NCBI RefSeq assembly: GCF_964355755.1
Contig: NC_092673.1
Span: 1,240,001-1,304,000, forward strand
Direction: 5' to 3'
Origin: Antedon mediterranea
Lineage: Eukaryota > Animalia > Echinodermata
DNA length: 64,000 nt
Notes under the pieces: model-generated
Told to the model about the DNA's origin: nothing
The model's database searches: none
What the model saw: the letters and a program-made list of their open reading frames with translations, nothing else
Program-made: the position numbers and the translations under genes
Shown: in pieces, positions 1 to 10,200 of the stretch
Layout of the letters: the number at the start of each line of letters is the position of its first letter
Numbering within the stretch: position 1 is the first letter of the stretch

Positions 1-154
1 CACAGTCAATATCATCGTTCTCGAGGATATATACGATTTACGATCCTCGCAGCAGTAGTCATGTGATGCAGTTTCAACCAATCACGTTCGCGTATTTACA
101 TAGGCTATGTAATATACCAATATACTGTACTAATATACCAATATACTGTACTAA

Positions 155-730
155 TACCCCTTTCACACCAAAAGCAAAACTCCGGAGACACTCCGGAGAC
201 ACCCCGGAGTTGACGTCCCGCTGTTTGGTGTGAAAGGTAAAATCAAGCAACCCCGGAGTTTAAAACTGCGGGGTTGAACAGCTGAACATTCTCCGGAGAG
301 CGAACTGCGGGGACACCCCGGTGTTTTGGTGTGAAAGGTACCAACATCAAACTCCGGAGTGTTTCGGGTCAAAAGGTCATCCTCACACGATCACTCATTG
401 CTTTAGTTTTATTTCAAAATACTTTAAATATTTGTACAACATATATAGCGGGTTCAAAAATAATAAGTAGTATCAATAAAACATTATATTACTTCTGAGA
501 CTTTTGAAAGTAATTATTAAATTAAACATATTATTAATTAAAATGATTCTAATGATCGTCGCTATGTAAACAACCAAAATAGAGGGCGACATTTACAATT
601 TTATTTTATAAACCCCGGAGTTGCTAGGTTGGTGTGAAAGGGGTATCTCCGGAGTTTCTCGACGTTTTGAATGGTCATAAACCCCGGGGTGTCTCCGGAG
701 ACACTCCGGAGTTTTGGTGTGAAAGGGGTA
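155..730. mobile_element. PIF/Harbinger-like MITE with TIRs and TAA target-site duplication
   Basis: Starts TACCCCTTTCACACCAAAA, ends TTTTGGTGTGAAAGGGGTA; TAA at 152-154 and 731-733; removing the element plus one TAA restores the 21-mer; internal CTCCGGAG repeats. Confidence 0.85.
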
Positions 731-939
731 TAATATACCAATATACTGTACTAATATACCAATATGCTGTACTAATATACCAATATACTGTACTAATATA
801 CCAATATACTGTACTAATATACCAATATACTGTACTAATATACCAATATACAGTACTAATATACCAATATACTGTACTAATATACCAATATACAGTACTA
901 ATATACCAATATGCTGTACTAATATACCAATATACTGTA

Positions 940-1253
940 TTATATAACACCTATATAAATTCCTGTCATTTGATTGGACGAATGTGGGTCACATGGCGTG
1001 CAATAGTACGCACTATTCAACGATCGTTAAATAGTACTTTTTGAAACATTTTTGTGTACGAAAAAAAAACGTCTAGATGTTATATAAAACAAATAATGAA
1101 TGTTTTGTATTCGTGTAATGGTACAAATAATGGCACTTGGTGAATGATGAAAGGTTATATCAACTCGGCTTTGCCTCGTTGATATAACCTTTCATCATTC
1201 ACCTCGTGCCATTATTTGTACCATTGCACTCATAAACATTCATTATTTGTATA
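940..1253. mobile_element. Unclassified non-autonomous element with a long subterminal hairpin
   Basis: ~75-bp inverted arms (~1089-1163 / ~1177-1250) around loop TCGGCTTTGCCTC; right arm recurs at ~46830-46914; related sequence at ~21625-21830. Confidence 0.65.
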
Positions 1254-1368
1254 CTAATATACCAATATACTGTACTAATATACCAATATACTGTACTAAT
1301 ATACCAATATACTGTACTAATATACCAATATACTGTACTAATATACCAATATTCCAATTGTTTTCCAG

Positions 1369-1544
1369 TGCTAGATGAACCAACCGCAGCATCATCAGCC
1401 AATTCTACAACAGTTTCTGGCAACAGTTCTATAAAGAGACTCACAAAAGAATTTCACTGTGAAATCTGCAATAAGGACTTAAATCTCTCCAGTGTTGAGA
1501 TTCTGAAACATAAACGATCCCACAAATCAAAACCTTCAGAATAG
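1369..1544 (+). CDS. DHX34: Terminal coding exon of a probable ATP-dependent RNA helicase DHX34-like gene (rest lies upstream of the window)
   Basis: Acceptor TTTTCCAG|, reads LDEPTAASS...FHCEICNKDLNLSSVEILKHKRSHKSKPSE*; the CxxC...EILKHKRSH tail resembles the DHX34 C-terminal zinc-finger-like motif (recalled as ...TPTEVLRHRKQH); AATAAA at ~1797. Confidence 0.6.
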
Positions 1545-2122
1545 TAAGATGTAAGAATTTTACTTTAAACTTGTTAGAACTAAAGGTCTGTCTAAATAAG
1601 TGTGATGTGCCCAAATATAGTAGTGATATGACATCATCATACACATATATGGGCACATTACATTTTGTCACATAAAGTTTGATAGTCCCATACCTACCTG
1701 CCATACAAACTGTAGTATTAAACTGCTGTCTACGTTGTTGTTCAACCGTCTGTTGCAATTTTATTATTATTATTATACGGATATGAATATCTTTTTAATA
1801 AAAAATAAAAATATTATTAATATCTTGTTTAAATCTTTTGTTTGTTTTGTTTTTTTTATGAAAAAATAGAATACCTATGAATAAAATTATATCTAGAACT
1901 AAATTAAAAAAAATGCTGAAACAATGAATTCTCCTTCACCAAAAGGTGCTCAAGCTTTATGGGTGAATACAAAATAATTTTGAAAGACATACTCTACAAA
2001 TTAAAATTTATTATATAATTTTACAATTCACTTTTTATAGAAAAATAATTAAAAGTACCATGATAAGGTTTTTTTTTTATAAATTAAATATTAACCATAA
2101 TTGTATAAAATATTAAACTTAA

Positions 2123-5100
2123 TTATTGACAACCATCTGGTATCATTTCTACATCTGTTAATATTTCAATCGCGTGTGCACTCAACCATTCAGCGTTCTG
2201 AAACTCATCTTCGTCATCATCGTCATTGGTCATGTGATTGAAAATCCTGTTGAGCTCTACACTGGTTTCTGAAATAGAATGTATCGGCGCCATTGCGCTC
2301 TCCAAGCAATGTTGGATCTTGTCGTCGTGTAGCTCTTCCTCAAGAATCTGATTATTTGAGATAAGATGTGTCGCGTCGAAATCAAGATGAAGACGTTGAA
2401 CTGGATATCGTAGAAGATTAGCATGTTTACTTCCCTGTCTTGTCTTCATTGGTGACCACATCACGTTTTCCGGTGTTATCGATGATTCTTCCATTTTTAA
2501 AACATCTTTACTTATCGTCGTCTGATTTCTTTTCTTCATCTGTCCAATAGCAGTCTTTGTTTCTTCTGATGATGGTTTTAGGATAGGCATGACGTGAACC
2601 AGTTGAGATTCCTGATTGGTTGGATGTTCATGGATGGATTTCATCATGCATGTAAATTCCTTCGGATTATCTGGATTAACTTGTAATGGCTCCAATACGA
2701 ACTGTACAATGCAAACAAATAATTGTCTAAGTCCAATATCACCTCATTGTGACTTGCTTTATGACACTGTATATAATACTACTTCATCATTGTATTACTT
2801 AACGGGTATATTTGGTGGTAAATGAAAGAACAGGCTTTATTAAGTAAGAATTTTATTTACAAATGAGGCACTGAATAAACTGGAATATTTGGTGGTAAAC
2901 GAGAGAATGGGTCTTATTAAGTAAGAATTTTATTTTCTGAAAATGTTAGTTATCAAATTTATATAGATTGTATAAACAAATACTTAAACCAAAATAGATG
3001 TTCAGTCGGGTCTATACCTTCTGGCTTTGGACTGACGACACGTTAGTTGCAACATTCGTCGTCGCCGCAAGCGACGTGGATGACATGGTAGATTGAGCGG
3101 ATGCAGTCTTGTTTGCAGACATCTTTCTGTATGACGACAGACTGCTGATATCGGCGGCGGACTGCTGCTGCATCGTCATCATGTGTTCATTCATGGCTTC
3201 CTCTGATGGAAACAGGTTTGCCAACGAGTATTTGGACTCCCGTCGTTTCTTGGCTGGTCTAGGCTGATATACCCAACCTTTGCAAAATGAACAAGATCGG
3301 TTTCCGATTAAGCTCTGTCTACACCATCAATCGTTATGCGACAACAAAATGTGATGTGCCCATATATGGACATGATGATCTCATATCACTACCATATTTG
3401 GGCACAAAACACTTTTTTTTTCAAACTAGTTTGACAGAACTTTAGTTTGGCCGTTCTTTCTAGTTCCCATAATCAAGAAAATAAAGAGAGAACCACCAGG
3501 TTTTTAATAAAGAGTACACATTAAAGCAAAATGATTAAATTTTAAAAATTGAGAAAAACCCGCTTCTAACAACAATTTCTCTTGATAACTGACCTGGAAA
3601 ATCGCGTTTGTGCTGTCTTTTTATGATGTCAGCTTTGTCGTAATATCCTTGTTTCTGGTCTTTCGGCAGTGCGTTCCACATTTCTCCAAGTTTGACGCTA
3701 ATCTGAGAGTTTGTGAGCCCGTTAAAGACATTGGCCAGTATCGGGCGATGTTCTTTGGCCCACACCATAAAAGCGTTCATCGGACGCTTTATTTTACTTT
3801 CTGCTTCACTATCTAAATTATTACCAACAAAGGTTAGAAGTTAATATTCGCTATATTCAATATCATTACAACTTCAGTATTTCTAATTAAAGTGTTATAT
3901 TAAAATAGTCAACACATAGGCCTATGTTTCACTGTACGCATTGTCTGAAATTCTTTACCAATACTTGTATAGCCTAAAGCTCTGCCTACATTATCAAACT
4001 AGTTTTTTATATGCTTAATGGTAGTGATATGACATCACCATGTCCATATATGGGCACATCACATGTTTTATCACATCATGTTTATTTTGTAATATATTAA
4101 ATTATAATCTAGTAGGATTAATAGGACATACCATTTCTTTTAAATGAAATCCGCTCGTGTGCAAGATATGCATGAGTAGGTTTTGGCGCAAAATGACCTA
4201 GCTGCTGATTAGAACCCACTGACGAGACCACGTGACGTTTATCAGTGGTGGAACGTATTGCTTCTGTTTTACGAAGAACGTCGTCTTTATTGACGTTTGT
4301 ATTTCGAGAAATGACAATTTTTCCCGGATTCGGTACCGTTATCTGCTTGAATGTAATCGGATTGGAAGTACTGACGGTTCTGATTGCAGACGGCTTACGG
4401 TTAATGACGATCGTGTTTTTTGGTGATAACTTCTCTCCATAAATGTTCTTCTTCTGATTGTTGTTTTTAGCAATAACCCTCTCACTGACAGCATCATTAT
4501 TCTTCTTCACAACGTCTTGAACTGAACGATTAAGGATTTCTAAGATGGCGCTGACTGACGGAAATGCAGCTGTACTAGATGTCTTTAACTTTGAAAATTC
4601 ACCAGCATTACTACAAACGGTGTGTTGTTCTTTGGAAACTAATGATGACGTAACACCTGCTGTGTGTCTATTGCCTGGTGTCGAAGAAGTGTTAACATGA
4701 ATTGTAAACGTATTTGGTTCCAATGTAGGTTTCGTACGTATTTCGTCTTGGTGATCTGACAACCCATTTTTCTGTACATAATTTGATGGTTTTATTGACA
4801 TTTTATTATAGCAAGTGCTAGACGATGAAGCTTGGTCCAACGAGACATTGGATTTGTAATTTTTGGACGTTGTTGAGGTCTTATCTTCCCTGTTCTCACC
4901 AAGGAGCAACTCTCTGCTCTCACCAGGTTGACGTTCACTTGATATACACACGGATAGATCCATCTTGCTATCTGATTGTGTTCTTATTTGGTTAGAAAGA
5001 CAATGTTTTACTTCTGAACAGGCCATTGCTGATTTATTCTTACATGATGACGTAATAGGCACAACTGTAGGTTCACACTTTCGATTAACCCAAACCGTAT

Positions 5101-5868
5101 TTGTGGACGATGAATTTAGATCTTCCCCGAGATCTTCCTTCAAGATCTTACACCCCGAATTTTCGATATTTTCTTGATTATTGAGTTTTTCTAACATACT
5201 TTTCAACCATCCTGAAAAGTTAATATGATTTTGATCGAAGGACGTTTTTATCCTATCTTTAATTGGCTTTCTATTTCTGGTGTAAACTATCATATCCGAT
5301 GCTTTGCTTTGAACGTGTTGCAAGCTCCTTTCTGGGGTTAATCCAAGACTGCATGATGGTAGTTCACTCATATAACCATTTTTGGTTGAGTTTTGAATAT
5401 AAGAATTTGAAACGTCATTATTATCACCACGACGATTGGCTGTAACGTGAGGTTTTAATTTATTTTCATGATTGGTGTCTGAAAAATTTAAAATGGAAAC
5501 ATTTGGATGATTTGAAGATGGGCATATGATCTCTTTCATTGGTAAGCTGCAGTTAAGTAACAGTTTTTTAGCATTACATGAATTTTGTTGTAGGCCTATT
5601 GATGAGTTGCAACCTGCATCTGGGGAAAAACAAACAATACTTTATCAATATAATATAGGGCCTACTGCGAGGCCTAACTAAGGCCTACTGTAGGCTTAGC
5701 CTAGTGCCAGCCTAGGCCTAGCCTAGGCTACACACATTCATAAACCTTTTTTTTAATTTTAAAATTTACTAGCTTTTTAAAAGTTTTTATGGAGTACTAG
5801 TCAAAATGTTACTTACTTGCTTTAATTAGTTGGGTTTCCGTTGGAATGGATATATCAAATAAATCCAT
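2123..5868 (-). CDS. SOX30: SoxH / SOX30-like HMG-box transcription factor, 5 coding exons
   Basis: Exons 5868-5817, 5619-4132, 3812-3594, 3277-3018, 2701-2123, all GT-AG and phase-consistent. HMG box KIKRPMNAFMVWAKEHRPILA...SQISVKLGEMWN...HKRDFPG|WVYQPRPAKKRR; the VWA..HRP.LA and FPGWVYQPRP signature is characteristic of SOX30/SoxH. Confidence 0.88.
3310..3443. mobile_element. MITE family A (AGCTCTGTCTACACTATCAAAC termini)
   Basis: TIR plus GATGTGCCCATATATGGACATGATG core shared with about 20 copies in the window. Confidence 0.75.
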
Positions 5869-7236
5869 CGAATTGCCTTTGTTGAACTTTACAAAACTAT
5901 CTTGTCGCCGTAGGATTTGCACAAAAAATGGTTAATGTTTGCTATCGAATTTGGTTACCAAAGCAAGTTTCTTAGTTACAAGTCGCGTTTAGAATGCGCG
6001 TTTTTGACGCGTGTCGAGCAATTCCGCCTGATACCATCTGATGGTGAATCAATCTGTTTTAAGAAAAATCAACAATGAAAATTGATTATTTAACCTTTTA
6101 TGAAGCCCACAACTGCGATGATCCTCACGCCGTATGTATCTAAAGAAACAATATCTCAACTAGCGCACACGTCTGACCTGTCGCGGTTCTGGAAGTACAA
6201 TGATCTTAGCGGACACTGGTCGTGCCTCTCATGGGAACCCGGAAGTTGCGTCACTGTTGATATGGTAGAATTAACTTTTACCCTTATATAATGTTGTTTT
6301 AGTAACATAAGTGAATTCTTTCTAGCAACGTGCGTCTTTGCGCATAAAGTCAGTAAGTTAATTAATATGATGACGTTTACGAATTCTTAGTTACAAGTCG
6401 CGCATTTAGCATGTGCGCAATGTTAACGCCGCGTGTAATTCTAACAAGTCGCGTTTAGCTTGTGCGCACATGCTAAACGCGACTTGTTTTTTTTTATAAA
6501 TACAATAGTTTTGACAGTAGAATTACTTTTCTTTAAGTAAAATCGTCTTTTAATAATAAACAATATTGATATAGCGCCTAATGGATCACAGACCCCTCTA
6601 GGTGCTTTACATTAGACCCTAACTAATGGTAACATAACAATAGTATTAATAATGACTCGTGACTTGTTGCGGTATTATGAATCATTTTCCAATTTAGGCC
6701 TAATAACCCCCTTATTCACGAAGTCTAGCCTTTCTCTGTACAGGTGCTATTGACGTATTCAAATTCGCACCAGGTGTTACGTCACCGCCCCACAATACAG
6801 TGTTCGTTTTAAGCAATACGTTGCCTACTACAACGTGAAACAAGCTTGATATGAAAAATAGTGTAGTGTAAAGCTTCAAAACGGCAGAAATCAAGGTAAG
6901 AATTTTATTAAAACGTGGCCTATATGGTTTTATTATCTTATCGTGCATGTAATATAGTTATTAAATGTAATTTTAACAATTAATTTCGCTGGATATATCT
7001 GTATAAATTACGGTAGAATTACGTATCGTGTGCATACTAAAATGAAAATAGCAAAAGTGACTGATTATTTATGCAATAGTATGACAGTTCTTTAAACGAT
7101 TTAATATACATGTTTTTGGATTTTAGCTGGTACGTCTATATGCTAATAACAACAGCATAATGGAGGGAGCGTATGACGACGAAGAGCCGTCAAGCTCAAA
7201 ACGTATGGAAGCAAGTACAGTAGTACACCAAGCGAC

Positions 7237-10200
7237 ATGCTTCGTCCCGTTGCTCTCGGGTTTTCCAGCCCAATATCCGTCCTTTCCGTTGGGAGCGAGT
7301 CCGACATAAAAGCTGTTATATCAGATGTTACGTCACTCTTAGTTCTTTCTGCCATGAACAACGAACTTCATAAATCATCAGGTATGATTATAGGTTTTTA
7401 TAGTACCAAGGCATATCTAACAACATGATGCTGAGCTCCGGAGATCAAAGGGTTTATCTGTGGCTGCGATTATACGTAGTACAGTACGCAGCCACATAGG
7501 CCTATTAAGATCAAAGGAGGACTGTTACGAGCTGCTCCTCAGTGTTGTTAGATTGCCTTGCTTTTTAGACATTATTTTAGGCATTGGCATGGCCTAGACT
7601 GTCGGCTCTTAACATCACCCTTAGGCTATATAGGTACATGGTGATCGAAAATCAATAGGTTGGTACCTTTTATTATCTCCCTAAAGCTTGGTTCTCACTA
7701 GCGACGCAACGCAACGTAAATAATTTGACCAATCACATCATCTCGCTTGTGTTGTGCGTACGTCGTCCTTGCGTTGCGTCTCTGTTGGGAACCACGTTTT
7801 ACAGGGTATTATTAATTGTGAGGAGTAGTAGGCCTACAAGCTATTGGTACAATTTAATAAAGTATTAGTTGATTTTCCTTTTTTGTATTTCTTGTCTTTT
7901 TTCTTAATTTTCAAGAATCAAGCGAGGTGACTCGTGATCAACAGGTTCGTCTACTTGAAGCAACCAATGTCGTTATTACGTCACTCAATGAGACCATACC
8001 TCGACCTCTACAGCCATGTACGTATGATGTATTAATGAAACAACAAAAATATTAATAATAATGGTATTACAGAATTGCTGGTAGGCTACTTATTACCTGT
8101 AAAAGTGTGCATAAGCTTTTCTTCACGTGACTGATGTGCCATTCCATTACGGCGTACACAGCCCTAATTATGTTAAAACGCGCGCGTTAAATGTCAATCT
8201 ACGGTATCTGTTTGAAGTTTAAGCTTGGTTTCCACTAGAGACGCAACGCAAGGACGTAGACGTAACACAAGTGAGTTGACCAATCACAATAATTCGTCGG
8301 TTGTAAATGGTCAAATCACTTTCGCGCCGCTTACGTTTTTCCAAGGAACTAAGCATTAATTAAAACATGAATTTTATTTATTACAGCATTTACAGATAGT
8401 GAGGCAACACTTACCGATCCACACTCATTCAAACACTCGGAATCCTGCAACAGTTTAACATCACTCGAATTCAAATCTTGTACATCCAATAGTTATTCTC
8501 AAACATCTGACGTATTCAGGTAAAATCACTCACTAATAGCATTAAAATGTGACACAGTTTGAACGGCGCGAAATTAGGAGGAACATAATAATGGGAGAAG
8601 ATAAAGTAGAACGGTTCGGGATTGGTCTATTATAAAGCTTGGTTCACACTAGGGCGCAACGCAAGAACCTAAACCGCAATGCAAACGAATTAACCAATCA
8701 AAAGTATGCCAACGCGGGTCGCTTGTAATTAGTCAATTTGCTTGCGTTGAATCATAGGGAACCAAGTTTTACAGATACTTCTGCACGCACCTATTTGTAA
8801 AGAGTCTCCCTTTTACTTCATATTAAAAGGGTGAATTTTGTAATTTATAAATACCAGTGTAATTAATAATGTAATTCTTGTCACAGGTCATGTGACTCTC
8901 AATTAGATGAAGATGGCTCCGATAGTGCCACTGAGTCGGACATCGTTGCGTCACGTCAGCCGACAGACAACGAGCATACACCATTTCTTATCGGCGGTGA
9001 AAGGTAAACATGCATGTCACTGTTAATGATATCGAAATGAACCAGTTCGACAAAAACAAATTGTGATGTTCCCAAATATGGTAGTGATATACCATATATG
9101 GATATATTACCATTTTGTCAGTGTGTCAGTCAGTTTGATGGTGTAAACAGAGCTTAATGTTAAAACATATTAATATTAGAAATGTGTGGTGTAATAGTAG
9201 GCCTAAGTATACTCTTTTCTTTTTGTTTCATGCCGGGCATACCTACATATCAACGATTAGGGGCCATGTAATTCGTCACGATTAGGCCCCTTCACTCTTT
9301 TGTTCTACATAAAAGCTATCTCGGATCTCTTTTAGTGAATCTAATGACAACGGGGATTTTGATGAGTATGATAACGAGGAACTCAAAGAAACCTTAAAAA
9401 GTTTAAAACAACGTTTAGACGATCGAATAACATCAGCATTGAATGATGCTATGGCATGGCAACAAGCAAGGCAAGATGGTATGACGTAATAAATAAATTA
9501 AAAATAGAATCCTTCTTATCAATTAATCTTTGCCTAATCCATAGATTTTGACAAATATTAACCAAATTTCCTTTTTAACATGATTTCAACTTGATTTCAG
9601 ACAACGAAGACGTGGCTCTTGTCCAGTATTTGAAAGAACTTCATAGCCAATATATACAGAATGGTCAGGTGACATTGAGTGACCAATCATGGTTTTCATT
9701 GTTAGTTGAAAAAGCTTTATCCAGTAGTCTTCACGCGCATGATATTGTCATGGTAACTATGCGTATTTGAATACATCTTGTTTTAGTTAGGTCCACCGCA
9801 CCCAGTGTTTAATACGCTTGGTTCCAACTAGAAACACACCGCAAGGACGCAGACATAACGCAGAATTGACCAATGACAAGCAACTGTTCCAATAATCCAT
9901 CGCTGGAGGTGGGTCAAATCAATTACGTTGTGTTACGTCGTTGCGTTGCGTCTCTAGTTTAAGCGTGGTTCCCACTAGCGACGCAACACAAGGACGTAAC
10001 GCAACGCTAGTGAATTGACCAATCACAAGCGATGGCTTATTCGCTTGTGATTGCTAACTGTCTATAACTTTGCTTGTCATTGGTTAAAACGCTTGCGTTG
10101 CGTTTACGTCCTTGCATTACGTTCTAGTGGGAACCAAGCTTAACTAAGCTCTAGATATAACGCAATGACGTTAGCGCGAATGTACCGTAATCTGACCAAC

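Larger units (their letters stand above)
110..1352. repeat. 21-bp minisatellite (TAATATACCAATATACTGTAC)n, split by two inserted elements, ending just upstream of the DHX34-like acceptor
   Basis: Unit visible at ~110-154, 731-939 and 1254-1352; explains the YQYTVLI/YISTVYW pseudo-ORFs. Confidence 0.95.

Noticed and set aside
634-1444. ORFs with YQYTVLI / YWYISTV repeats
   Set aside because: Translations of the stop-free 21-bp minisatellite and flanking MITE; not genes.
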